Below are positions 13,331 through 26,164 of a stretch of DNA of 64,000 nucleotides, piece after piece. Each line of letters starts with the position of its first letter. The stretch's first letter is position 1. Made by a program: the position numbers and the translations under genes. The stretch is from NCBI RefSeq assembly GCF_004010195.1, contig NC_057720.1:28901354-28965353 (forward strand). Direction: 5' to 3'. Below the pieces are notes generated by a model. It was not told the origin of the DNA, did not search any database, and worked only from the letters and a program-made list of their open reading frames with translations. Origin of the DNA: Chiloscyllium plagiosum. Lineage: Eukaryota.

Positions 13331-14529
13331 AAACATACCTAATTCCCTTTATGCTGCAGTTGTTCTCCATTTAAGTAGTTTTATGTTACTTTGATCTCCC
13401 TTCCAAAATGAAAAACTTCACACTGTCCCACATTATACATGTTTGCCAAATTTGGCCCACTTTAACCAATCAATCTCTCGCTATAACTTGTTTGAATACC
13501 ATTTGCAACTTGCGTTTCCACCTATTTTTGTTTTGTCTGTTAATTTGGCTGCAGTACATTTGCTTCCTACCTTCAAATCACTCATACATTTGCAAACATT
13601 TGCAGTCCCAGCGCTGATCCTAGTGAAACCCTATTGGTTACAGAGGTTGCCATTCTGAAAAAGAACCCTTATCTCCACTCACTGTTTCCTGCTCAATACT
13701 CAATTCTCTATCCATGCTAATGTCCACCCTCCAACACCATAGTCTCTTATCTTATGACATAACCTTTTTAGAGGTGCCTTGTCAAACTCCTTCTGGAAGT
13801 CAAAATACAACGCATCTATTGGTTCCCCTCTATCTATTCCGGTTGAGACTTCCTCAAAACCTCTAATAAATTTGACAGACTTGGCTTCCCTTTCATGAAG
13901 CCATGCTGACTCAGCTTGATTAGGTTATGATTTTCCAAATGTGCTACTGTTACTCCCTTAATAATTAATTCCAATGTTTTCTAACAATTGAGATTAGGCT
14001 ACTCAGCCTGTACTTATCTGCTTTATGTCTCCTATCTCTTCTTGAATAGGGGTGTCACTTTTCAATCCTTTCATACTTATCCAGAATCCAGTGAATTTTG
14101 GAAAATTAGGATCAATGTATCCACTATCTTTGTAGGTATTTCTTTTAGGATCCTTGGATGCAAGCCAGCAGGGCCAGGGGACCTATCTGCCTTTTGCACC
14201 ATTAGTCTGTCTAATACTATTTGTTTAGTGATGGTGATGGTACTTAATCTCTCCCCCATATTCCTTAGTATTAATGGGATGTTTAAAGTACCTTCCACGG
14301 TAAAGATTGATACAAAATATATGTTTAACTCCCCTGCTATTTCTTTGCTCCCCATAACTATCTCTCCAGATTTATTATTTAAGAGGTATACGTTCACTTT
14401 GACATTTCTACTTCTATATATTTAAAGAAGCTTTTATTGTCAGTTACTACATTCCTTGCTAAATTGCCCTCGAAGTTTATTTTCTCTCCCTTTTTAAAAT
14501 CTTTTTTGTCCTGGATTTTGAATCAATGT

Positions 14530-14843
14530 GGGCGGCACGGTGGCACAGTGGTTAGCACTGCTGCCTCACAGCGCCAGAGACCCGGGTTCAATTCCCGCCT
14601 CAGGCGATTGACTGTGTGGAGTTTGCACGTTCTCCCCGTGTCTGCGTGGGTTTCCTCCGAGTGCTCCGGTTTCCTCCCACAGTCCAAAGATGTGCAGCTC
14701 AGGTGAATTGGCCATGCTAAATTGCCCGTAGTGTTAGGTAAGGGGTAAATGTAGGGGTATGGGTGGGTTGCACTTCGGCAGGTTGGTGTGGACTTGTTGG
14801 GCCAAAGGGCCTGTTTCCACACTGTAATGTAATGTAATCTAAT
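14530..14843 (+). mobile_element. HE1 SINE (young, full length)
   Basis: Head GGGCGGCACGGTGGCACAGTGG with A and B boxes (GGTTCAATTCC), intact CpGs, TGTAA/TCTAA tail. Confidence 0.95.
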
Positions 14844-15699
14844 CCCAGTCTTTGGGACTAGTGCTGGTTTTTGCCTCCTTATATGCTTTTTCTTGCAACT
14901 TTATACTCTCCTTAACTTCCTTGGTTAGCCATGGTTGATTTATCCCTCTCTTAGACTCTTGCCCCCTTAATTAAATATACAAGTCCATTAACACGATGAG
15001 CTTGTCCTTCTCTGGAGTGCTTGCAATGACTCTGTACAGGTCTATTGCATATGGTCATTGTTCTGAAAGGGTTAATGTTCATGCTACATTGACTCCACCC
15101 ATTCTACTAATGTCACATACAGTGAAGACGAGGAGTTCTATTTTTGCTTTCAAAGACAGTAGATGTATCTGTGCCAGCTCCCTGATGTCCTAGCAATTAT
15201 GACTGACCAAATGCAGTTGTGTTTATTGCTATTATGCAATACATCTTCTTGGTATCTAAGTAGAGAGTCTGGTACCTTGCCATCTGCAGATACTGCCTGG
15301 AAGCTAAAGTATATACAGGGATAGTATCTGAGTTGGTGACTGTGAGTGCCAGAATGAATAATGGTGTTTGATCATCATTAGTCTCGTATTACTTCTTCAC
15401 TTCTTGGTCCTGCACTACTATGTGATCAGGTTGTAGTTGTTAGTTATCTAAAAGTAGAAGGATATAATGGTAGATTTATGACTAAAGGAGCTAGGAAGAA
15501 GATGAGGCATATTTATACAATTTGTTTCAGCTCTATCACTGGTTGTAACCCCAGTCATGGAAGCTTCAACAATAGTAAGAGCTGTCTTCTCTATCAAGGT
15601 GAGTGCATATAGCCATGCCTATCTCTGACCAGTTTACTCCTGCAGCCATTTCTGCCTCACCTTAGCCTACAATAGAAAGGCAAGTGCATCAGCAAGTAT

Positions 15700-16190
15700 G
15701 ATGCAATGTATTTGGATGATGAGGTTGAATAGATGGGAGAATGCACAAGCTGTCAGCTTTGGCTGTTAAGGTGGCAGCAATACAAAGTGTGTGAAGTTGG
15801 GAGGGTGATGTTGAACTATGCATATAAGGTATGAACCATAATTGATACAGATTGTTGTTAACTGAATGGAGTGAGGGGAGTGAATTGAGCAGTGTGTGAG
15901 GCTAGTGGTTCATATGAAAGAATATGATATTTGAGAATAAACACATTGGTCTGTATAATGACCTGTATAAGGTCATTAAACATCTTCTTACACTGCTTCT
16001 AGGTCCTTAGAGCTTAACTGCTTGTGTTGATAGCAATAGTTATTTGTTTCAGTTTCTGTGTGTTTTACCAGGACACCACCTGGCACTCTCTCTTCTGGCC
16101 AGTCTCCCTCATTAAGGCTACCTATTTAATGTCAGCAAACGTCAGAGCATTCTCTCTGCCCTTGTGCGTTATGTTTAATTTATTTGTAGG
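15700..16190 (-). mobile_element. PIF/Harbinger Myb/SANT-gene remnant
   Basis: Minus strand near 15970-16012 reads RT*KQCKKMFNDL. Confidence 0.55.
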
Positions 16191-16199
16191 ACTGTCAAA

Positions 16200-16540
16200 C
16201 AAAAGCTAGTGGCCTTCTTGCCGCCAGCTCAAGAAGCATTCAGGCAAAACTCCTGCAAAATCTGCTACATTGAAATGTTTCTCTGCTGCCAGGTCTCATT
16301 TTCTTGACTCTCAAAAGGTCAGCGTTCCCAGTGAGGGCAAAAACACATGGCACAAACATATTTGAAACCTCTCCTCAAAACAACACAGCATTGATCTCAA
16401 TGGCTGGGAAGAGCTTGCTACCAATCATTCAAAATGGTGACAACTTGCCTATCAAGCTGCATCATGCTTTGAGTCCGACAGTCTTAATCATGATGCAAAG
16501 CTGTGGCAGAACAGGAAGTGAATCAGTGGATACTCTAAGA
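16200..16540 (+). mobile_element. RTE-clade LINE 3' fragment
   Basis: LKPLLK..IDLNGWEELATNHSKW, typical of the RTE C-terminus. Confidence 0.7.
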
Positions 16541-17092
16541 TCAATGGTTTGAGAATTGACCTGTTCAGCCACTCAAAGACCCATGGTAGAAATTCAAAAC
16601 CCTGACATCCTCAAATCAAGGGATCGTCAACAAGAACAGCCATATTCATTCTCCTTCCAATCAGACACCCAATCTCAGGCGGTTCCAGCACATGCTACAG
16701 CCAGGATGTATCTCCCTTTAAGAGATTCAGGCTGGATTTCAGGAATGCAGACCAGATTGAACTCATGACATGTTCACACAAACTGGGCATCCTGCCAAGG
16801 CATGCAACCAATTGGATGCAGCTTCAGTGCTGGGCTGCATGTTGGTATCACTTAAATCAGCACAAGGTTAGTGCGCTGTCAGCATCAGAATGGGGGAATG
16901 CATTGCCTCACCCTGCATCATAAATCTTTATGTCCATCAGGATGGAAAAATATCAACACCATGGTTCGGAGGGAGGGGGGTGAATTTTACAAAAAAGGGG
17001 TAGCCACAGCACGTGGGTAGGATGTAAAATTTAAATTTCCTGACAGCACTCTGAGATGCAGAGATAAAGTCAGTGGTGCGCTTGCAGTATAC

Positions 17093-17665
17093 CAAGTCTC
17101 ATGCTAGCTTGTGGTAGGAATGTGCTTGCAATAGATTTTGCTGGCCATGAATACTCATTAGAGTAAAAGGGCTTCTATTATCACTGTGCCTTCAAGATAA
17201 TGTCAGCTGCGTACAGGAATCTAACTGCACCCGGTTCACATTCAGTTAGAGGTGAAGTAATCGGTTTTGTGCAGTTGTGTCTGAGATCAACGGTTTTCCA
17301 GATTGAACTTGATAGCACCAGGGACAGGGGCAGAATGGTGGCTTGAGACTGACAAGGTTGAGTCAGTGGGGTGCGGTGATGTGGAGTGGGGCTGGGGTGT
17401 GGTGGAGTGAAAGAGTGATTCAGGGGAGGAGAGGGTGTGCCAACCATGAGGCATGCCAGTTACCTGTCTGACAGCTAGACTCAATAAATAATGATGATGC
17501 ACACATGAATAAAGCAAAATCAATGTAATGGGAAATACAGTTGTGCTCTCAATACGTCTCATGTTATTGGCAACAAAATTGGTCAGGAAAGTTTTAGCCA
17601 TGATGCAAAGCTTATGTTTGTCCAGAAGTATTTTTAAATTTCATCATTAACTGCAACATTGTCAG
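17093..17665 (-). pseudogene. GREB1-like exon(s): 17464-17665 (..AKTFLTNFVANN..PITLILLYSCVHH..) and about 17093-17310 (..VDLRHNC..SNEYSWPA..)
   Basis: Acceptor cttgttttcag, donors gtaact and gtatac; frameshift near 17635 and tandem stops near 17180; NEYSWPA resembles recalled NEIHWPA. Confidence 0.6.
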
Positions 17666-20060
17666 CTGAAAACAAGCTTTCACAACTGCAGAACATCCCT
17701 CACTGCACATGGTTCCTATACGGCCAGTTTGTTACATTTTTATTGTAATCACACAGGAAACAGGAAAATGCAAAAACAGAAGTGGAGCAGACTTGCCGGT
17801 CGGCCATCAGGAATGTCAAAGTTCGGTCCTATTTACTGACCACTGGATTCCTCAATAATAAACTGGAAACCTCCAGCAAAGTTAGACATTTTTTCTAAGC
17901 TTGAATTGACCTCTTGAATCAACAATATGGAATGAATAAGCAGGAGTGTTGAAGTCCTCTGACAATATGATATAGCTCAAAAAATGTAAAAAAAGATATT
18001 ACAGAATTTACATTACATTAATCACAAAAATGTCACCCTGGAGTAACAAAGACTACAATCTAATCTCTTCAAATTTAATAAGACTGAGTTTTACTTTTTT
18101 TTTTATTTTGAGTCACAAGTGACCCTGAATTAAGAAGGGAGATGAGTAAACTAATGTCAAAGTCAGTCAGATAACTCTGCGTGCCATGTCCTATCTCCAC
18201 ATAGAATTGGTTCATTGCTTGTATATAGTTCAACAGCCTTCCCTCCAGGACCATAGCTCAATTAGACTTGTAAAATGAAAGCACTTAAAGAGAAATTCTT
18301 TTCTGAAACAAATGGCTCAACATATGTTCCAGTTTCCCATATGGAATGCTAAAGTAGAGAAAGAAGATCATTCAGCCCATCATGCCACTGCCAGCTCTTT
18401 GAAGAGCTATCCAGTCGTCTCTTTCTCGTGCTTTCTCACCAAAACGCTGCAACTTTAAATAACAGTGTTTGCCCAACACTTTCTTGAAAATGATTGAATC
18501 TGTTTCCAGTACACTTCCAGGCAGTACATTTCAGAGTGCTGCTCAAACATGTAGCCTATTGGCAAGGTTCAATCAGGGAAAGGGCAGGTCTGCACTTACT
18601 AACGCTAAATGCTCTCAAGACGAGAATGGGCTAACATAGCCAGGATTTCTGCTCCTGCTGTTTGTTCTTAGAAGGCACTTGGGAGGAATTTTCCATTGGG
18701 TTTACCTGTCTGAAAACATTTTCCACTGGCCAGCCACTCATGCAGTCATAGCTTACCACCTATGTGGGTGGATTTTGTTAATAAAGTGGGTGCTGGAAAT
18801 ATTTGTTTAGTACAGACCTTGCTTTTTAAAAATAGGCAGAGTGAAAAGCAAGTTTCATCTCTCCACCACCCAGTAAAACAATTTGCTGTCGTCCTTTAAC
18901 ACTGGTGCTATTGTGTTCTCAGCTGCAAAAGGCTCCAGCCGTATGAATTCACACCACATCCACCACATTTCACTGTTGACTCAGACACCTTTTCCTCCCA
19001 AAGCCCTGGCAGTGTTACATATTTCAAAACTACAAAGACAGAGGAATATCATCATCGCCCAGCTGAAATATTTATGGAGACAACCATATCTCTAAGCACT
19101 GGAAACCATGATGATGAAGACAGAAACTATTTTCCTGTAGCCTTAAGGATATGTGCAGCAGGACATGTATTGCACATGTTAACCATGACTCATTGGCAAT
19201 GATCTTGACTTTGAGTCAGAAGGTTGTGAGGCCTAGCTTCATTACAGAGACTTAATCATATTATTTAGGTTGGTACTTCAGGGTGGGACTGAGGAAATCC
19301 TGCTCAGATGGAAGTGTCTGGTTTCATAGGAACAGTCTGAAGTCATTCAGCCATTTGAACCCATTTCCCCATTCAAATAGATGGTGGTTGATCTCTCCAA
19401 ACCAATTAACCTGCCTTTTTTTCATATCCTGCCATATCTGTTTTCAACAAAAGTTTGTAATCTCAAAATTCTAATTGACCATAGGTGAGATCATTCTAGA
19501 TTCCCTCTATCTTTTTCATTAAATATTACTTCCTAATTTCAGCCAGTGGGAAAACGCAACAACCTATTCTGAAAGGCATAACAACAGAACACTTGGAAAA
19601 CATTGACAGGATTGGACAAAGCCAGTGTAGGTTTAGAGTCATACAGTCATAGAGTCAATGTACAGCATGGAAACAGACCCTTTTGGTCCAACCTGTCCAT
19701 GCCGACCAGTTTTCCTAACCTAATCTAGTCCTATTTGCCAGCACTTGGCCCGTACCCCTCTAAACCCTTCCTATTCATGTACCCATCCAGACACCTTTTA
19801 AATGTTGCAATCGTACCAGCCTCAGCACTTTCTCTGGCGGCCCATTCCATACATGCACCACCTTCAGCGTGAAAAAGTTGTCCCTTAGGTCTCTTTTATA
19901 TCTTTCTCCTCTCACCCTAAACCTATGCCCTCTAGTTCTGGACTCACCCACCCCAGGAAAAAGATTTTGTCTATTTATCCTACCCATGCCCCTCATGATT
20001 TTATAAACCTCCATGAAGTCACCCCTCAGCATTCGACCCTCCAGGGAATACAGCCCCAGC

Positions 20061-20150
20061 TTCTACAACCACCTGATGAAGGAGCAGCGCTTCAAAAGCT
20101 AGTGCTTCCAAATAAACCTGTTGAACTATAACCTGGTGTTGCATTTTTAA
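20061..20150 (+). mobile_element. Short Penelope-type terminal fragment with a decayed hammerhead motif
   Basis: CAC-CTGATGA-aGGAGC-agc-GCTTC-AAAAGCTA-GTG followed by AATAAA. Confidence 0.65.
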
Positions 20151-20354
20151 TGTTCTTGTAAACCTTTTTCAAACCCTTTCAAGTTTCACAACATCCTTCC
20201 AATAGTAAGGAGACCAGAATTGCACATAATATTCCAAAAGTGGCCTAACCAACGTCCTATACAGCCGCAACATGGAAACAGACCCTTTTGTTAGTACTAC
20301 CTACCACTGTGCCACCGTGCCGTCCTACCACAGCGGCACGGTGGCACAGTGGTA

Positions 20355-20659
20355 GGGCGGCACGGTGGCACAGTGGTTAGCACTGCTGCCTCACAGCGCC
20401 AGAGACCCGGGTTCAATTCCCGGGCGACTGACTGTGTGGAGTTTGCACGTTCTCCCCGTGTCTGCGTGGGTTTCCTCCGGGTGCTCCGGTTTCCTCCCAC
20501 CATCCAAAGATGTGCAGGGTCAGGTGAATTGGCCATACTAAATTGCCTGTAGTATTAGGTAAGGGGTAAATGTAGGGGTATGGGTGGGTTTCGCTTCGGC
20601 GGGTCGGTGTGGACTTGTTGGGCCGAAGGGCCTGTTTCCACACTGTAATCTAATCTAAC
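20355..20659 (+). mobile_element. HE1 SINE (young)
   Basis: Near-identical to 58492-58816, with shared diagnostic variants. Confidence 0.95.
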
Positions 20660-21131
20660 ATGATCTCCCAACTACTGCACTCAATACTCTGACCAATAAA
20701 GGAAAACTTACCAAATTCCTTCTTCACTATCCTATCTATCTGTGACTCAACTTTCAAGGAGATATGAACTTGCACTCCAAGATCCCTTTGTTCAGCAACA
20801 CTCCCTAGGATATTACCATTAAATGTATAAGTCCTGCTAAGATTTGCTTTCCCAAAATGCAGTACCTCACATTTCTCTAAATTAAACTCCATCTGCCACT
20901 CCTCAGCCCATTGGCCCATCTGGTAAGGATCCTGTTGTAATCTGAGGTAACCTTCCTCACTGTCCACTACAGCTCCAATTTTGGTGTCATCTGCAAACTT
21001 ACTAACTATACCCCCTATGTTAGTAAGTTTGCAGATGACACCAAAATTGGAGGTGTAGCGGACAACGAAGAAGGTTGCGTCAGATTACAACAGGATCTTG
21101 ATCAGATGGACCAATGGACTGAGGAGTGGCA

Positions 21132-22480
21132 GTTTATGAAAGGCAAATCATGCTTAACAAATCTACTAGAGATTTTTAAGGATGTAAGTAGTAGAATAGA
21201 TAAGGAAGAACCAGTGGATGTGGTATACAGAGGAACCTCGATTATCTGGCATTCGATTATCAAAATATCAGATTATTCGGCAGGATCACAAGATCCCAAT
21301 GCTTGGCTAAACTATGTTATCCGGCATTCTATTATCTGGAATACGATTAACCAAATGAAATACTGCCCACCCGTGTCCTTCTGAGAAAGTCCTACATAAG
21401 GGTTAATTGGCAAAATTAAAGCACAGGGGATGGGTGTAACATATTGTGATAGATTGAGAATTAGTTGACAGACAGGAAACAGAGAATGGGAATGAATGCA
21501 TTTTTTTCTAGGTGGCATTCAGGGTGTAGAGGAATACTGCTTGGAGAGGAATCTGTGCTTGGGCCCCAGCTATTCATAATATATGTAATTTACCTGGATG
21601 AGGGAACCAAATGTAACCTTTCCAAGTTTGCTGCCAATATAAAACTTGATCAGATTATGAGTTGTGAGAAGGATGTATGAACGCTTCAATGTGATTTCGA
21701 TAAGTTGAGTGAGTGGACAAATACCTGGTAGATGCAGCATAACATGGTTGAATATAGAGTTACACACTTCAATGTGAAAATCAGAATGGCAGAATATTAT
21801 TTAAATGGAGAAATACTGGGGAGTGTGGATGTATAAATGGACCTGGGTGTCCTTATACACCAGTCAATGGAAGTAACACGCAAGTTCAACGGTTAGGAAG
21901 GTAAGCGGCCTTCATTGCAAGAGGATTTGAGTTTAGAATGATTTACTGTAGTTATACCAGGGCCTTGGGGAGACCACATCTGGAATATTGTGTGTAATGT
22001 TGTTCTCCTTACCTATTAAAGGATTTACTAAGTCCCATAGAGTTGGCACTGTGACTGACAAAACTGTCTTATGAGGATACACTGAATGGACTAGGCCTGC
22101 ATTCACTCAAGGTTAAGGAATCTCATTTGAACACGTAAAATGCTGACAGGGCTGGGCAAACTGACAGCAGGAAAGATCATTCTCTGACCAAGGAAGTCCT
22201 GAACAAGGAGCCATGGTCTCAACATATGTAATGGGCCAGTTTGTACTGAGATCAAGAGAATTTCTTCAAACAAACAGTAGTGCACCTGTGGCATTCTCTA
22301 TCACAGAACACTGTGGAGGCCAAGTAACTAAATGCATTCAAGAAAAAAAATGGATAGTTTCTATCGGCTAAACATGTCAAGGGATATGAGAAGAGAACAT
22401 TTGTATGGCATTGAGAGGATCAGTCATAAATGGGTTCAATGTGCTGAATGGTGTACTTCTGTTCTTATTTTCTATGTTTT
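21132..22480 (+). mobile_element. Older CR1 LINE (RT to 3' end)
   Basis: KSCLTNLLE, SVLGPQLF, SKFA motifs. Confidence 0.85.
21226..21382. mobile_element. Partial Tc1/mariner-type MITE
   Basis: TA followed by the TIR-like end CAGAGGAACCTCGATTATC, interrupting the CR1 DVVY motif. Confidence 0.55.
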
Positions 22481-23484
22481 GTTGCTTGCCACCAGTTGAG
22501 GCCCTTTAGTGTCCAATTGATGACCACTTAAAGGTCTCATCGCGTTGCCACTGGAGTTAACCCAGCAGCTGTCATCATGTGAAATGGTACAACAAATGAA
22601 ACTGTGTGGGACATTTGTCACCCTGGGATAGGGAGGTGATCACCCAATTAAAGCAATCAGTATCCAATCATGAAACCTGACATAGGCATCCTCTGCCTTT
22701 GCTGCTGACACGTCGGCATCAATCTCTCCAGAACCCCCATTCTTCCCGTGCAGAGTGTCCTAACAGTGTTGAGTACATCCACTGCTAGTAAGCACAAAAC
22801 CGTCACAATGGGTGTAAAGGAAGTGAGGTGACCAGTGGAGAATCAAGGAGAGAAAACTCGCTGGAGCTCACAGAGGAAAAACCCACATGAAACTCCCAAA
22901 CCGACTCTTCGCCAATTTTTGGGAAAATTCGGCCCATTAGTTTGCCTGATGAACATACATCCCCAATGCTCCTGATCATGAGCATGATAGAATTACTCCA
23001 TCTATATTTCTGACCTAAACCTAGTTGGTTCGACTTAAGCAGAGGTATCAACAATTCTTCACATTAAAGCTGTCAATCTGATTAATGCCAAAAACGCAAT
23101 TAAACATCCAGGGACTGTTAAGGAAACTGTGGGCATCACATAAATTATATTTTTTAATTAATGCATAACAAAATCAATTGACACTGTTTTTATTGGTGCA
23201 AAGTATGAATTATTAAAATAAGAGTGCATGAGTCATACCAAAGTATCAGAATTTAATTTGTCATTTTAAGAAACATCGACTTCATTGGAAAATAAACACT
23301 GTGTATCAAGGCACAATTGACAGAGTGGAAACATATCGAATGAAATGCTTCTGAGGATTCCACTAACTGGAATTTGTATTGACTATATGATTGCTTGCTT
23401 GACATGATCAATAATGTTACATGCCTGAGTGACACTGAGGATAAAGGAACAAATGTGAAATCATTTACTTTTTTTAGTACTTAC

Positions 23485-23568
23485 CAGAGAGAGGAATGCC
23501 AGAGCTTTACATTTTCAATTTCCATTATGAATATCAAATTCTGCCAGATCAGGACAAGCATGGACCTC
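23485..23568 (-). pseudogene. GREB1-like exon RSMLVLIWQNLIFIMEIENVKLWHSSL
   Basis: Donor gtaagt; LWHSS resembles recalled VWHSG; acceptor uncertain. Confidence 0.55.
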
Positions 23569-24272
23569 CTTCAAAGTGAAGTGCTAAATAATTCCCTTCC
23601 ATAATAAAAAAAATTGAAAGAAGCACAAGAGCAGCAGTGGAGTGGAATTCAAAGCAGGATGGGAACCAGTGAGAACAAATGTTACATAGCTCAGCTTGGA
23701 GTGAAAAATTCCCAACAGTGGAACAGAGAACTGAGGTGTTAACAACGCAACGCAAATTAGAATCAAACAAACTGAACTGCAGATAATAAGAGAATTCTCT
23801 GTGGAACGTAACTGCAAAAGGTAGATCAGCACAAACATCAGAGAAGCAGCCTTCAGCACAGGAGAAGTGGGATTAACATGAGGCACAGTGAGGTGCTATT
23901 GAATTATAGTTGGCAAGTTGAGACTGTGGAAATTGGTTCCATTGCAACACTCCTCCCTTTAGATGTAGAGGTTACATAACAGTTTGTCAGGTCACATTGA
24001 GTAGGATTTGCACCCAGACCACTAAGTAATTGTCAATTCAGATTGCCTCAGCATGTTGCAGAGAATTGCAGAGGATCAGGATCATGATCATGATTTGTTC
24101 ACTTTCAGAATGGATAGTGAAAATAATAAGTGGAAATGAAAAGAAACCAGGAGAAGATGAGCAATAGCTTCTCCAGTTCTAACTCAATTGCCCTCAATGT
24201 GGACTGCCATTGTCTGGAGGCCCAATTCAGTCCTGCTAATGGAGGGGATAGGTAGAGAATGGAAAGGTGGGA

Positions 24273-25622
24273 ATGGAGACAGCACTGACTTGGATGGTGA
24301 CTTTGGACCAAGCTGGCAGGCTCTGGTCTTCTGCAGGTCCTGTGGGAAGAAGAAATCCTTCCTTTTCACTACGCCGTGTGTTAGCACCTCTCTGTTGGAG
24401 GATCATGGTACCATCTTCTCCTCTGAGTGCTTGACCAAGCAGGGCAGCTTTGGAATGCCAGTGGCTGTTTAGGTGCACAGAGGCCTTTTAACTATGGTTT
24501 GGGTGCCAGAGATGCTGGATTTTGATGCTTCTCCATCAAATGGCAATTTTTTAAATGAATGGTGTGTGGTAAAATGGGATTGAAACAGATTGGACAGTGG
24601 GGAAGAATCCATGCGGAAGTCCGCAAGATACTTGTCCACGTATAAATGCAACTCTAACCTTGGGAACTTCAGGGCTGCCTGTTTCAGAGGATGTGGTTTT
24701 GTATTATGTGCATCACCATGTTTAGAAAAGTTAATTCCTCTGCTCAATAGAATGCCATAAGATGCAATAAGTATTGGTTTGCTATTACTGCAGATACATA
24801 TTGGATCTTGGCTGAGGTTATAATTCAAGGATATGGATTTATATGGATTCAGCCACAGAGAATGAAAATCTCTTTTCCTCATGATTGTAACATATTCTTA
24901 ATGCAATTAGCAAGGTGAAAATTCAATTCAGTTTCCACTGGGCATGAATCATCAATGCTGTACAACTAGCTGCACAATTGGCAGTAATTGGCACTGAAAT
25001 ATAAATAAAACATGTAAAAATAATTGAGTCAACTAAACACCAGACTTCTTAATGAAGACTGTTGAACATCCTGCTGACATTACAGAGCACATACATAGAA
25101 TGAATTGCCTTATTAGCCAACGGAAACTTACCACATAACTGATCTTTTAAAATTAAGGACAGAAACTTACAGTTTTTGGCTAAGTGTTGAGCCTTTCTGG
25201 AGAGTTTATCGCCAAGAGACCAAGCAAGTTTCCTCATCGTACCTTACTAAGCTCACCTCATTAATGATCTACCTTCCCCAACGGCCACTGTCCAATCTGA
25301 TTCAATCCCATTTTACCACACATTTTAAAAATTGCCATTCGATGGAGAAGCATCAAAATCCAGCATCTCTGCCACCCAAACCATAGGTAAAAGGCCTCTG
25401 TGCACCTAAACAACCACTGGCATTCCAAAGCTGCCCTGCTTGGTCAAGCACCCAGTGTAGAGATATCAGAGGAGGAGAAGATGGTACCATAATCCTTCAA
25501 CAGAGAGATGCTAACACACGACGTAGTGTTAAGGAAGGATGTCTTCTTCCCACAGGACCTGCAGAAGACCAGAACCTGCCAGCTTGGTCCAAGGTCACCA
25601 TCCGAGTCAGTGCTATCTCCAT
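24273..25622. repeat. Inverted repeat (arms 24273-24600 and 25286-25622) of a Harbinger Myb-gene segment
   Basis: Arms are reverse complements over about 330 bp; peptide GVVKRKDFFFPQD..AWSKVTIQVSAVS. Confidence 0.9.
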
Positions 25623-26164
25623 GATCTGGCGAGTTGCCAGTAGAGCAATAAGAAGGTCTATGATCTTCTCTGCTTCACTAACATAAGTGGCACACTCTTC
25701 TCTCCGCTAGTTGTATTGATTCTATCTCTGCTATTCTACCCACCTCCCACCAAGGCTCATGCTCTTTCACTCTCACTATTTCCTGCAACATCTTCTCTCA
25801 CTTGGTCTTAACTCCCCAACCTTGTACATCACTAAGCCCTTTGCACTGCCACAAAGGGCACCCCACCAGCTTTCCCACCTGCACCAACACCAACAAACAT
25901 ATCACCCTCATTCATCTCACTCAAAGGCCTCCCTTTCTCTTGTTCTAGAAGAAGGCAGCTCCCAGGACAGTGGAAAATGACCGACAGGAGGGATGCCTGA
26001 CATTAGACTCCTCAGCTTTACGAGGAGTGAATCCCATCCCATTACAGGGTAAAGGCAAGAAAAGTAGAGTTGAGGATTATCAGATCAATCATGATTTCAT
26101 TGAATGGTGCAGTAGACTTGATGTGCTGAAAGGCCTATTTCTGCTTCTTTCTCTTCTAATCTTA

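Larger units (their letters stand above)
12370..14990 (-). mobile_element. Old CR1 LINE interrupted by two SINEs
   Basis: ORF 14077-14397 (ELNIYFVSIFT, SPGPAGLHPRILKE). Confidence 0.85.
19636..21131 (-). mobile_element. CR1 LINE with a 5' fold-back inversion, inserted into an older plus-strand CR1
   Basis: GTTTA at 19631-19635 and 21132-21136; host motif SQ.GF|MKGKSCLTNL is split; contains a SINE and a Penelope fragment. Confidence 0.9.

Noticed and set aside
14530..14605. tRNA gene
   Set aside because: The A and B boxes belong to a SINE head that continues into SINE body and tail
18840..19140. Possible additional minus-strand exon
   Set aside because: No frame gave a convincing motif match or a clean splice pair
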